NCBI GenBank assembly: GCA_035569395.1
Contig: DATMNC010000088.1
Location: forward strand, 69,603 to 133,602
Length of the DNA: 64,000 nucleotides
Direction of reading: 5' to 3'
Source of the DNA: Thermoanaerobaculia bacterium
GTDB taxonomy: Bacteria; Acidobacteriota; Thermoanaerobaculia; Gp7-AA8
Of this stretch, positions 9,476-18,789 are shown in pieces; position 1 is the stretch's first letter; each line of letters starts with the position of its first letter. A model generated the notes under the pieces. The model saw only the letters and a list, made by a program, of their open reading frames with translations. It was not told the DNA's origin and did no database searches. Made by a program: the position numbers and the translations under genes.

Positions 9476-10243
9476 TCAGACGAGAATCAGGTCGCCCGCG
9501 CTCACCGCGATGATCTCGGCGCCGCTGCGGAGCAGTGCGTGTCCGTGTTCGTCGATGCCGTTCCACGTTCCCTCGATATTCCGCTCACCGACGATGCATT
9601 GGATGCGATCGCCGGGCTCGTGTATCGAGTAGCTGCGCCATTCATCCAGCACCGCATCGCGTTCGAGCTTGCCCCCAAGGCGCTGATCAACATGCTCGAT
9701 GAAAGCCTCCGTGGCTACATCGATCCCGTGAAACGCACGCGGCGAGACGTCGGCGATCGACGTCGCGTTCGGCCGCAGATCGTCCTGTACCGATTCGACG
9801 TTGATACCCGTTCCGATGAGCACGAAGGCGCGTTCCTCGTTCATCCGTGCCTCGATCAGGATGCCGGCGATCTTCCGCCCGCCGGCAAGAACGTCGTTCG
9901 GCCATTTGACTCGCGCGTCAATGGCAAACACCTCGCGCAAATACGACGCCACGATGTTCGCCATCTGCAGCGGCAGCAGAGACAGCTCGCTCGCCGGAAT
10001 GGGCAGAAGCGTCGTCGCGTAAATGCCCTTACCTGGCGGCGACGACCACTGCCGCGCGTTGCGGCCTTGGCCGGCAAACTGCTCGCCGGCGATGATCATG
10101 GCCTTCGGCAGCGGCTCCTCGTTCTCGATGCACTCATTCACGATCCGCCGCGCCACCAGATTTGTCGAGGCCACGCGAGGAATGACCGCGATCGATTCGA
10201 GCGTGGTCAGGCGGGAGACGATGCGGCGGGTGTCGATGGTCAT
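9476..10243 (-). CDS. birA: Biotin--[acetyl-CoA-carboxylase] ligase
   Basis: GRxGRxW-like motif QGRNARQW, KWPNDV and GILIE motifs. Confidence 0.8.
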   Translation of the reverse strand: MTIDTRRIVSRLTTLESIAVIPRVASTNLVARRIVNECIENEEPLPKAMIIAGEQFAGQGRNARQWSSPPGKGIYATTLLPIPASELSLLPLQMANIVASYLREVFAIDARVKWPNDVLAGGRKIAGILIEARMNEERAFVLIGTGINVESVQDDLRPNATSIADVSPRAFHGIDVATEAFIEHVDQRLGGKLERDAVLDEWRSYSIHEPGDRIQCIVGERNIEGTWNGIDEHGHALLRSGAEIIAVSAGDLILV

Positions 10244-10370
10244 GGGCTGGTTTGCTTCGTGCTGCGTTTCCCGCGTTGTCGTTGTCGGTCATCAGTTATC
10301 AATTCCGGATTCCAAGTCGCTACTAATCATCAACTGACAACCGATAACCGACAACGCGGCGAAGCCGCAG
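10244..10370. repeat. Family-2 hairpin repeat (GACAACGCGGCGAAGCCGCAG core)
   Basis: CGTTGTCGTTGTCGG on one side and CAACCGATAACCGACAACGCGGCGAAGCCGCAG on the other form inverted arms. The same core occurs at 18118 and 30838/30920. Confidence 0.65.
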
Positions 10371-13004
10371 TCATTGATTCTGCAACAGCTTCTCAATCCT
10401 CGCCCGCAGTTCCGCCTGACGCGCCCGGGCGCCCTCCACGATGGCCGGAGGGGCGTTCTTCACGAACTGCTCGTTGACCAGCTTGGCGTCGAGCGACTCG
10501 AGCTCCGTGCGGCTCTTTTCCAGCTCACGCTGCCCACGCTCCTGCTGCTCTTTGGTAACCACCTTCTCCGGAAACTCGATGGCGATGGCAAAGCCTTCGA
10601 CGACGTCGTAATGCGCTCCCGCCGGGGGGTCGCCATTGACGATGACCTCCGTCAGGCGGGCCAAATCGACCAGGAGGTAGGCGTAGTCGGCGAAGAACGC
10701 CGAATCGCGCCCTGAGCAGCGAACGTAGAGTTTGAAGCGATCCTTTGGTGTAAAACTCCGCTCCGCCCGGGCGTTGCGCACTGAGGTGATCATCGCCTGG
10801 ACCGCGCGAACCATCCGCTCGGCCTCGGTGTCTTCGAACATCTCCTCGGCCGCGGGATAGAGGGCCACCATGATCGATGGCTCGACCCCGCCGAGCTTCT
10901 GCCAGATCTCCTCGGTGATGAACGGCATAAAGGGATGGAGCAGCCGCAGCGACCGGTCCAGCACTTCGAGAAGGACGCGTTTGGCTCGCTGCTGATCGGC
11001 CTCGGAGCCGTGCCTCCCGAGGAGCACCGGCTTGACCATCTCGATGTACCAGTCACAGAACTCGTGCCAGAAGAATTGATAGATCGCGTTCGACGCCTCA
11101 TCGTACCGGTAGTCGGAGAGCGCCCTGTTGACCGACTTCGTCGTCTCGTTGAGGCGCGACAGAATCCAGCGCTCGATGCTCTTCAACTCATCGCGGTCGA
11201 TGGCTTTCGCCGACGACAATTTTGTGTCGATATGCATCATCGCGAAGCGCGACGCGTTCCAGATCTTGTTCGCAAATGCCGCGTAACCCTGCGTGCGCGA
11301 CTTCGCCAGCGGGATGTCCCGGCCCGAGGCGAAGATGGCCAGGGTGAAACGAAGGGCATCGGCGCCGAACTCGTCGATCACATCGAGCGGGTCGATTACG
11401 TTCCCCTTCGTCTTTGACATCTTCTCTCCGTACTCGTCTCGAACGAGTCCGTTCAGAAACACCTGGCTGAAGGGTGCTTTGCCGGTGAAGCGCAGGCCGA
11501 ACATGATCATCCGCGCCACCCAGAAAAAGAGGATGTCGAAGCCGGTGATCAGGACGTCGGTCGGATAGAAGATTCGGAGATCCTCCGTCTCGTCCGGCCA
11601 TCCCATCGTCGAAAACGGCCAGAGTCCCGCGGAGAACCAGGTGTCGAGTACGTCGGTCTCCTGCCTGATCTCCGCCGAGCCGCACTGTGGGCAGGCTTGC
11701 GGATCATCGACCGCCACCGTCAGATGGCCGTTGGCGCAATAGAACGCCGGGATCCGGTGGCCCCACCAGATCTGCCGGGAGATCGTCCAGTCGTGGATGT
11801 TCTCCATCCAGTTGAAGTACGTCGCTTCCCAACTCTGGGGAAGGATCTTGATGGTGCCGCTGCGCACGGCGTCGATCGCTGGTTTCGCCAGTGGTTCGAT
11901 CTTCACGAACCACTGCCGCGAGATCATCGGCTCGATCACGTTCTCGCATTTGCCGTGGATGCCAATCGAGTGGGTGTATTCCTTGACGTCGCGCAGGGCG
12001 CCCGAATCACGCAGCAGGCCCACGACCTTCTTCCGCGCGTCGAAACGATCGAGCCCGGCGAACTCCGCGCCCGCGGCCTCGGTCATCCTGCCGCCCTCGT
12101 CGATCACCTGCATTTGCACGAGGTTGTTGCGCTTGCCGGCCTCGTAGTCGTTCTTGTCATGCGCCGGAGTAACTTTGACGACACCGGTACCAAACTCGCG
12201 ATCGACGAGGATCGGATCGGCGATGATGGGGATGCGCCGGTTGGCGATCGGCAGAATCGCTTCGCGGCCGATGACGTCCCGGTATCGCTCATCGTCGGGA
12301 TGCACGGCCAGCGCGGTATCGCCGAGCATCGTCTCCGGACGGGTAGTGGCAATCGTCAATACGCGGCCGGAATCAGCGACCGGATAGTCGATGTGGTACA
12401 GCTTCGATGCGCGCTCCTCGTACTCGACTTCCACGTCGGAAATCGCCGTGCGGCAGTGCGGGCACCAGTTGACCATGGCGATCCCGCGATAGATCAGGCC
12501 GTCGTCGTGGAGCTTTACGAAGGCCGTGCGGACAGCGCGCGCCAGCCCCTCATCGAGCGTGAAGCGCAGGCGTGACCAGTCGGCGGAAGCGCCGAGACGT
12601 TTGAGCTGATCGATGATCTGGTGTCCGTACGACTCTTTCCACTCCCACACGCGTTCCACGAATTTCTCGCGCCCGAGGTCGAAACGGGAGATGCCCTCTT
12701 TGGCGAGCTCGCGGTCGACGATCATCTGCGTGGCAATGCCGGCGTGATCGGTACCGGGAAGCCAGAGCGTGTTGAACCCGCACATCCGCTTCCAGCGCAC
12801 GACGATGTCCTGCAGCGTATTCACGAGCGCGTGGCCGATGTGCAGCCGTCCGGTGACGTTCGGCGGAGGGATGACGATCGAGAACTTCGGCCGCTCGGCA
12901 TCGAGCAGCGGAGTGAAGAATTCACCCTTCTCCCAGAATTCGTAGAGTCGCCGTTCGATTTCTTTCGGCTCGTATCGCTTGCCCAGCTCTTCGTTCGTCG
13001 CCAT
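10371..13004 (-). CDS. valS: Valine--tRNA ligase
   Basis: PPNVTGRLHIGHAL (HIGH) and KMSKTKGN (KMSKS) motifs. Start placed at MATNEELGKRY. Confidence 0.9.
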   Translation of the reverse strand: MATNEELGKRYEPKEIERRLYEFWEKGEFFTPLLDAERPKFSIVIPPPNVTGRLHIGHALVNTLQDIVVRWKRMCGFNTLWLPGTDHAGIATQMIVDRELAKEGISRFDLGREKFVERVWEWKESYGHQIIDQLKRLGASADWSRLRFTLDEGLARAVRTAFVKLHDDGLIYRGIAMVNWCPHCRTAISDVEVEYEERASKLYHIDYPVADSGRVLTIATTRPETMLGDTALAVHPDDERYRDVIGREAILPIANRRIPIIADPILVDREFGTGVVKVTPAHDKNDYEAGKRNNLVQMQVIDEGGRMTEAAGAEFAGLDRFDARKKVVGLLRDSGALRDVKEYTHSIGIHGKCENVIEPMISRQWFVKIEPLAKPAIDAVRSGTIKILPQSWEATYFNWMENIHDWTISRQIWWGHRIPAFYCANGHLTVAVDDPQACPQCGSAEIRQETDVLDTWFSAGLWPFSTMGWPDETEDLRIFYPTDVLITGFDILFFWVARMIMFGLRFTGKAPFSQVFLNGLVRDEYGEKMSKTKGNVIDPLDVIDEFGADALRFTLAIFASGRDIPLAKSRTQGYAAFANKIWNASRFAMMHIDTKLSSAKAIDRDELKSIERWILSRLNETTKSVNRALSDYRYDEASNAIYQFFWHEFCDWYIEMVKPVLLGRHGSEADQQRAKRVLLEVLDRSLRLLHPFMPFITEEIWQKLGGVEPSIMVALYPAAEEMFEDTEAERMVRAVQAMITSVRNARAERSFTPKDRFKLYVRCSGRDSAFFADYAYLLVDLARLTEVIVNGDPPAGAHYDVVEGFAIAIEFPEKVVTKEQQERGQRELEKSRTELESLDAKLVNEQFVKNAPPAIVEGARARQAELRARIEKLLQNQ

Positions 13005-13062
13005 CGGAGCGCGGATTATAAAGGTTGGTCGCTGAGTTGCTGGGTTGCTGAGTTGCCCAACC
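13005..13062. repeat. Family-1 short hairpin (GGTTGGTCGCTGAGTTGCTGGGTTGCTGAGTTGCCCAACC)
   Basis: GTTGCT-based palindromic element in the divergent valS/tsaD promoter gap. Confidence 0.6.
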
Positions 13063-14085
13063 ATGATCCTCGCCATCGAAACCTCCTGCGACGAAACCTC
13101 GGTCGCCGTTCTCAGCGGCGACGGGAGCGTGCGCGTGAATCTCATCGCCTCCCAGATCGAGCGGCATCAGCCATTCGGCGGCGTCGTGCCCGAGATTGCT
13201 TCGCGTGAACATCTGCAGCACCTATTTCCACTCATCACGCGCGCCCTACAGGATGCGAAGCTCGACTGGAGCAATATCGATTGCATCGCAGTCACCGCCG
13301 GGCCCGGTCTCATCGGCGCGCTTCTCGTCGGTGTCGCTGGTGCGCAGGGACTGGCCTATGGGCTCGGCATTCCGCTCGTCCCCGTCAATCACCTCGAAGG
13401 ACACATCTACTCGGCCTACCTGCAGCGCGAAGGGCCAGCGATGCCGCTGCCGGAGCGCTTTCTCAGCCTCGTCATCTCAGGCGGCCATTCGTCAATCTAC
13501 GACGTACACGATGGCGTCATCACCATGCTCAACCGGACGCGCGACGACGCCATCGGCGAGACCTTCGACAAGGTCGCCAAGTTCATCGGCTTGCCGTATC
13601 CGGGCGGCCCGCAGATCGAAAAGCATGCGAACCAGGGACACGCCGACCGCAAGCGATTCCACTTTCCAATGCCGCAGTTCAACGATAAGTCGATCGATTT
13701 CTCCTACTCAGGTATCAAGGCTGGAGCCATTCGTCTGGCGCGCGAGCACGGCATCCGTGCGACCGGCGACCTCCGCCTGCTGGCTGATTTCTGCGCCACC
13801 TTTCAGGATGCCCTTATCGATCAGCTCTTCGACCGGCTCGACGCGGTCTGGACACGACTCGGTGAACCAAAACCTGATGAGGTTGTTCTGGCCGGCGGAG
13901 TCGCCGCAAACGGTAGCCTGCGCGACCGGATCGCCGGATGGGGCCGCCAGCATGGCGTAATCGTGCGCGTCCCCGAGAAGCGCTACTGCACCGACAACGC
14001 CGCCATGATCGCCTTCGCCGCTACCCGGAAACGCGACGGAGCAACGGATCCGAAGAGAGTTTCCGCGCGTTCACGGGTCCAGTGA
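13063..14085 (+). CDS. tsaD: tRNA N6-adenosine threonylcarbamoyltransferase
   Basis: MILAIETSCDETSVAV start and the Kae1/Gcp family fold. Confidence 0.9.
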   Translation: MILAIETSCDETSVAVLSGDGSVRVNLIASQIERHQPFGGVVPEIASREHLQHLFPLITRALQDAKLDWSNIDCIAVTAGPGLIGALLVGVAGAQGLAYGLGIPLVPVNHLEGHIYSAYLQREGPAMPLPERFLSLVISGGHSSIYDVHDGVITMLNRTRDDAIGETFDKVAKFIGLPYPGGPQIEKHANQGHADRKRFHFPMPQFNDKSIDFSYSGIKAGAIRLAREHGIRATGDLRLLADFCATFQDALIDQLFDRLDAVWTRLGEPKPDEVVLAGGVAANGSLRDRIAGWGRQHGVIVRVPEKRYCTDNAAMIAFAATRKRDGATDPKRVSARSRVQ

Positions 14086-14160
14086 AACCTTTCTTCGGAC
14101 GCGCCGTCCAACCTAGTGAGCGCAGACACGAACCCTGATCTCCTACCCCTCTCCTCGATT

Positions 14161-14198
14161 CGCCCCGCCCTCGCTCAGGCGGGGCGAAACCTTTTTTG
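14161..14198 (+). terminator. Rho-independent terminator downstream of tsaD
   Basis: CGCCCCGCC-ctcgctcag-GCGGGGCG stem followed by AAACCTTTTTTGG. Confidence 0.6.
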
Positions 14199-14214
14199 GT
14201 AGCACAATGACCGG

Positions 14215-15120
14215 ATGAAGATCGTCGTCGCCGGAGGTAGCGGGTTCATCGGTGAGCCGCTCGTCCGCCGGTTGACGTCGCGTGGAGATGAGGTCGCCGT
14301 CCTGACCCGCAACCCGTCGAATGTCCACGCAGGCCAGGCTTTGCTCTGGAATCCGCCTTACGAGGGAAGCTGGACTGAGGAAGTAGCGTGCGCCGATGTC
14401 GTCATCAACCTGGCTGGCGAGAACGTCGGAGGTGGTCGCTGGACGGAAGCGCGAAAGAAAGGCGTCATGGTGAGTCGCGTAACAGCCACGAGCGCACTCG
14501 TCGCCGCGATGTCACAAAAACCTGACAACCACCGCGCGTTCATCAGCGCGTCTGCGATCGGCATCTACGGCAGTCGGGGCGATGAACAACTCGACGAGAG
14601 CGCTGATGCTGGAACTGGTTTTCTTACAGAAGTCACCCAGCGGTGGGAGGAACTGGCCCGCACTGCCAAACCGTTCGCCCGCCTGGTCATCCTCCGCCTC
14701 GGAATCGTCCTTGCCGCCAACGGCGGCGCCCTCGCCAAACTGCTCGTTCCCTTCCGGCTCGGCGCGGGCGGCCCCATGGGCACCGGACGCCAATGGATGT
14801 CGTGGATCGATCGCGAGGACGTTCTCCGGATGATCGAGTGGTCGATCGAACAAGTTTCCGCCCGCGGCATCTACAACGTCACAGCCCCCAACCCCGTGAC
14901 CAACCGCGACTTCGCTCACGCCCTTGGACGCTCCCTGCACCGTCCGTCCATCCTCCCCACGCCCGCTTTCGCCCTCCGCCTGGCACTCGGCTCCGAGATG
15001 GCAGACGAGATGCTCCTCGGCGGGCAACGCGTCCTGCCCAATCGGGCAATCGCCGAAGGGTTCGAGTTTACCTACCCACGGCTCGACGAAGCACTGAGAC
15101 ACGCGCTCTGTGTAGAATGA
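14215..15120 (+). CDS. TIGR01777/YfcH-type NAD-dependent epimerase (SDR superfamily)
   Basis: MKIVVAGGSGFIGEPLV Rossmann start, about 300 aa. Confidence 0.7.
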   Translation: MKIVVAGGSGFIGEPLVRRLTSRGDEVAVLTRNPSNVHAGQALLWNPPYEGSWTEEVACADVVINLAGENVGGGRWTEARKKGVMVSRVTATSALVAAMSQKPDNHRAFISASAIGIYGSRGDEQLDESADAGTGFLTEVTQRWEELARTAKPFARLVILRLGIVLAANGGALAKLLVPFRLGAGGPMGTGRQWMSWIDREDVLRMIEWSIEQVSARGIYNVTAPNPVTNRDFAHALGRSLHRPSILPTPAFALRLALGSEMADEMLLGGQRVLPNRAIAEGFEFTYPRLDEALRHALCVE

Positions 15121-15125
15121 CGCGC

Positions 15126-15332
15126 ATGCCAGAACAAGGAATCGTGAAGTGGTACAACGAGGCCAAAGGCTACGGCTTCATCGTCCGCGAGCAGGGCCCC
15201 GACGTCTTCGTCCATCACGCCTCAATCATCGCCGAAGGATTCCGAACCCTGAACGAAGGCGACCGGGTTTCTTTCGATGTGATCGAAGGGCCAAAGGGGC
15301 TGCAGGCGAAGAATGTGGTGAAGATCTCGTAG
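15126..15332 (+). CDS. cspA: Cold-shock protein (CspA family)
   Basis: GIVKWYNEAKGYGFI RNP-1 motif and VFVHHSAI-like RNP-2. Confidence 0.9.
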   Translation: MPEQGIVKWYNEAKGYGFIVREQGPDVFVHHASIIAEGFRTLNEGDRVSFDVIEGPKGLQAKNVVKIS

Positions 15333-15406
15333 AGAATGAACTGAGCGCCTCTGCGGCTACTCGCGCCTGAGCTTTCACGACGCTCGTATCTTCCGCCAAC
15401 TTACGC

Positions 15407-15435
15407 TTGACTTTCGCTTCGTTACCGCCTATATT
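15407..15435 (+). promoter_or_regulatory. Sigma70-type promoter for lexA (TTGACT-17 bp-TATATT) overlapped by an imperfect inverted repeat CGTTAC-N14-GCAACG
   Basis: Near-consensus hexamers with 17-bp spacing, 18 bp upstream of the lexA ATG. The palindrome overlaps the -10 box and is a candidate LexA operator. Confidence 0.5.
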
Positions 15436-15453
15436 GATCGCAACGAGGCGGAA

Positions 15454-16101
15454 ATGACGTATTTGACTGAGCGTCAGCGAGACATCCTGCAGTTCATTCG
15501 CGACTTTCAGAAGGAGCGTGGGGTCACTCCGACGCACCGCGAGATCTGCGACCACTTCGGGTTCTCGTCCTACGGGACGGTCTACAAACACCTCTCACTG
15601 CTCCAGAAGAAGGGGTTGATCCGGCGCGACTGGAACCAGAAGCGTGGAGTGGAGGTCATTGAGCAGAACGCTCAGAACGGTCAGAGCGCACAGAACGCGA
15701 GGCCAGGCGCCGTAGCGCCGGCCGGTGTGCTCGAGCTGCCGCTCTTCGGCTACATCGCCGCCGGCCAGCCTCTGGCGGTTGAGATCTCTAATGAGACGAT
15801 CACGGTACCGGAGCGGCTCACCAGCCGCGGCGAAAACTATGTGCTCAAGGTACGCGGGGACTCGATGATCGATGACGGAATCATGGATGGTGACTACGTC
15901 ATCATCGCGCGCCGCGACCGCGCCGAGAACGGCGAGATGGTCGTTGCCAACGTCAGCGGCGAAGTAACCCTCAAGCGTCTCTACAAAGAAGGCGAAAAAG
16001 TTCGTCTTCAGCCAGCAAACTCGATGATGCATCCGATCTACGCCTTTGCCAGCGACGTCGCCGTGCAGGGAGTGGTTGTCGGTCTGATGCGCCGTTTCTG
16101 A
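15454..16101 (+). CDS. lexA: LexA repressor
   Basis: LTERQRDILQFI wing-helix N-terminus, then the Ala-Gly cleavage site (YIAAGQP) and the S24 peptidase motif KVRGDSM. Confidence 0.9.
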   Translation: MTYLTERQRDILQFIRDFQKERGVTPTHREICDHFGFSSYGTVYKHLSLLQKKGLIRRDWNQKRGVEVIEQNAQNGQSAQNARPGAVAPAGVLELPLFGYIAAGQPLAVEISNETITVPERLTSRGENYVLKVRGDSMIDDGIMDGDYVIIARRDRAENGEMVVANVSGEVTLKRLYKEGEKVRLQPANSMMHPIYAFASDVAVQGVVVGLMRRF

Positions 16102-16122
16102 TCGCGAAAGTGAGGACTCAAC

Positions 16123-16545
16123 ATGGATCTCGTACTCAAACTTCGTGAAATCCGTCGGATCAAAGGGCTGAGCCAGAAAGATGCTGCACGCCTTTCGGGT
16201 GTCGGCGAAAAGACGATCAGCTCGTTCGAAACCGGTGAGCGGGTCGGCTCCATGAAGCTCTCGCAGCTGAAACGGCTTCTGGCCGTTTACGACATGACCG
16301 AAGCCGACTTCTTCGGCGGGGGGGTGGAAAAACAGATCGCTCCCTGGGAGTTGGACCAGGAAGAGTTCGCCACGGCGCGCCTGCTCGACGAGCTCCACTC
16401 GCTCCCCAAACATTCCCAACGCAATCTCCTGGCGAAGTTTCAGCTCATGATCGAAACGCTCTCCGAGGTTCACCAACCGAAAGAGAAGCGGCCCCGTTAT
16501 CTGCGCGACGATCCCGACTGGCAGATGCTCGCTTCGAGGAATTGA
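16123..16545 (+). CDS. XRE-family HTH protein co-transcribed with lexA
   Basis: IRRIKGLSQKDAARLSGVGEKTISSFETGE helix-turn-helix. Lies 21 bp after the lexA stop. Confidence 0.6.
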   Translation: MDLVLKLREIRRIKGLSQKDAARLSGVGEKTISSFETGERVGSMKLSQLKRLLAVYDMTEADFFGGGVEKQIAPWELDQEEFATARLLDELHSLPKHSQRNLLAKFQLMIETLSEVHQPKEKRPRYLRDDPDWQMLASRN

Positions 16546-16643
16546 AACTACCCCACACCGCGAGACCGAACCTCGCGACTCGCAAACGCAATCTTCAATC
16601 TCGTCTGTTATCCTTCGGGCCAATCCAATCTCGGAGGACGACA

Positions 16644-18041
16644 ATGCGCAGATTCCTTTTCGTTGCCGCGGTTTGCACGCTCGCCGCGCTCCCGCTGGCC
16701 GCCCAGAACACCGACATTGAATCTCTCTCCGGCCTGCAGTTCAACTTCGGCAATCCCGGCGCCCGATCGCTCGGTATGGGCGGTGCCTTCCTCGGCTTGG
16801 CCGACGACGCTTCTGCAGCCGAGGCGAATCCGGCTGGACTGACGATCCTGAGGAAGCCCGAGATCACGGTCGAAGGGCGCAACTATCAGGAACAGCAGGT
16901 CTTCACCACCAGCGGCACCTTCCCTGATCTCCAACGCACCGCATTCAGTCATTACAGCCAACGCATCGATGCCACTTTCGCCAGCGTCGTTTATCCAACC
17001 AAGTACGTCACCATCGGCGCCTACTACCACGAGCCGCTTCGCAACGAAGGGACGGGGCAGGTCGTGCCGATCCGTAACAGCTTCACCGGGGAGATCAAGA
17101 CCGACGTTCCCAACTTCTTTCTCCCGGTCGATGCCAACGGCAACCCGACCGGCGGCCCGATCTCGTCGGCGGCATGCAATCAACTTCGGCAGACGAACCC
17201 GTTCGCCTGTATCGAATACGCGGTTCTGCCGTTCCTCAGCTCGGTAAAGATTCAGGAAAGGACCTTCGGCCTGGCGATGGCCTTCAAGGTCGGTAACTTT
17301 TCCTTCGGTGCCACGGCGCGGTCACAGCGTTTCAATGAAACCGCCTTCACCTTCCGTGTGACGCCGACGGGGGACTTCTCGAGCATTTCCGTCCAGGCGA
17401 CGAGCGACATCCGCAACAACAACGACGTTGCCAAGGACAAGACTGACCTGACCTTCTCCGGCGGCTTCAAGTGGGCGCCCTCCGACAAGTTCTCGCTCGG
17501 CGGCGTCTACAAGCAGGGAGCGAAGTTCGCGGCGCCGACGTTCGCGGCGAACGAGGCCACCAACTTCGAGTTCGTCAAAGCGGCCGACACCACGTTCCAC
17601 ATCCCCGATGTCTACGGCGCCGGCGTCTCTTTCCGTCCCATCCCGGTGCTGACGATCAACGCCGATGCGGTACGAGTCAAGTACTCGAATCTCGTCGACA
17701 ACTTCGTCTCCATCAACGCCACCGTCCGGGCGATCGACAAGGCCTACAAGGCCGCCGACGCCACAGAGATTCACCTCGGCGGCGAGTACTTCTTCTCGAC
17801 CAAGATTCCGTTCGCTGTGCGCGCCGGCGCATGGCGCGATCCCCAACACAGCATCACCTATACCGGCCCACTCAAGAACTCCGACGAAGTCGCTGCCGCG
17901 GTGCTCTTCCCGAAGACGAAGTCGCTCACCCACGTATCGATAGGCGCCGGCCTGGCCTGGCCTCGCTTCCAGATTGACGCCGCGTATGACCGGTCGGATC
18001 TGTTCAAAGTCGGGTCGATCTCGATGGTCACGAGGTTCTGA
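16644..18041 (+). CDS. Outer membrane transport protein, FadL/OmpP1/TodX family
   Basis: Signal peptide MRRFLFVAAVCTLAALPLAAQ, then the family N-terminal hatch GARSLGMGGAFLGLADDASAAEANPAGL. Confidence 0.65.
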   Translation: MRRFLFVAAVCTLAALPLAAQNTDIESLSGLQFNFGNPGARSLGMGGAFLGLADDASAAEANPAGLTILRKPEITVEGRNYQEQQVFTTSGTFPDLQRTAFSHYSQRIDATFASVVYPTKYVTIGAYYHEPLRNEGTGQVVPIRNSFTGEIKTDVPNFFLPVDANGNPTGGPISSAACNQLRQTNPFACIEYAVLPFLSSVKIQERTFGLAMAFKVGNFSFGATARSQRFNETAFTFRVTPTGDFSSISVQATSDIRNNNDVAKDKTDLTFSGGFKWAPSDKFSLGGVYKQGAKFAAPTFAANEATNFEFVKAADTTFHIPDVYGAGVSFRPIPVLTINADAVRVKYSNLVDNFVSINATVRAIDKAYKAADATEIHLGGEYFFSTKIPFAVRAGAWRDPQHSITYTGPLKNSDEVAAAVLFPKTKSLTHVSIGAGLAWPRFQIDAAYDRSDLFKVGSISMVTRF

Positions 18042-18150
18042 GCTGCGGCTTCGCCGCGTAGTCTGCGTGTTGCATGCAGAGTTGAGCCGACAACGCGCGA
18101 AGCGCAGCTAACCGACAACGCGGCGAAGCCGCAGACAACGCGCTACGCAG
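18042..18150. repeat. Family-2 hairpin repeat
   Basis: GCTGCGGCTTCGCCGCGTAG ... CGACAACGCGGCGAAGCCGCAGACAACGCGC inverted arms between convergent genes. Confidence 0.65.
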
Positions 18151-18789
18151 TTACTCCAGCGGCAGGTCCAGCAACTCGAACTTCTCCCATCCGCGAAAAT
18201 CGAAATGCCACCATTCGGATGGCAACGGGTCGAAACCATGGCCTTTCATAACCTCGCGGAGCCGGGCACGATTGACGAGCGCGTCGTGCGGCAAGTCGTT
18301 GAAATCCTGCCGCGCACGCGGCGTGAAGTCGTCGTAGCCGGTCGGCATGGGCAGTTCGCGGCCGCTGCGCAGATCGATGAGCGTGAGATCGACCGCGGCA
18401 CCCCGATTGTGCCGCGAGCCCTTAGCCGGGTCGGCAACGAAATCGGGATTGTGGATCGGTTTCCACATCCGCACCGTCACGCGATACGGCCGGTAGCCGT
18501 CGAAGATCTTCAAGCCCAGCCCGTCTCGCGCCAACTCACGCTCCACCTCATGCAGCGCGATCGCGGCCGGACGGCGCAGGAAGACTTTCGATACGGGGTA
18601 CAGCTTCACATGCATGAAATTGTCGGTCGTGGCGTAGCGGACGTCGCGCGGGATGTCGGTGATCTCGACCAGCCGTTTGTCGGGATCGGCAGCGACGAGC
18701 CTGTCGTACTCGGCCGTGCTACGCACGACCGGCGGATGCGTGGATGCACATGCCGCGGCAATCAACAGCATCGCGATAAGTCTTCTCAT
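18151..18789 (-). CDS. ddpX: D-alanyl-D-alanine dipeptidase (M15, VanX/DdpX family)
   Basis: SRHNRGAAVDLTL and EWWHFDF zinc-site motifs, with a signal peptide. Confidence 0.8.
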   Translation of the reverse strand: MRRLIAMLLIAAACASTHPPVVRSTAEYDRLVAADPDKRLVEITDIPRDVRYATTDNFMHVKLYPVSKVFLRRPAAIALHEVERELARDGLGLKIFDGYRPYRVTVRMWKPIHNPDFVADPAKGSRHNRGAAVDLTLIDLRSGRELPMPTGYDDFTPRARQDFNDLPHDALVNRARLREVMKGHGFDPLPSEWWHFDFRGWEKFELLDLPLE

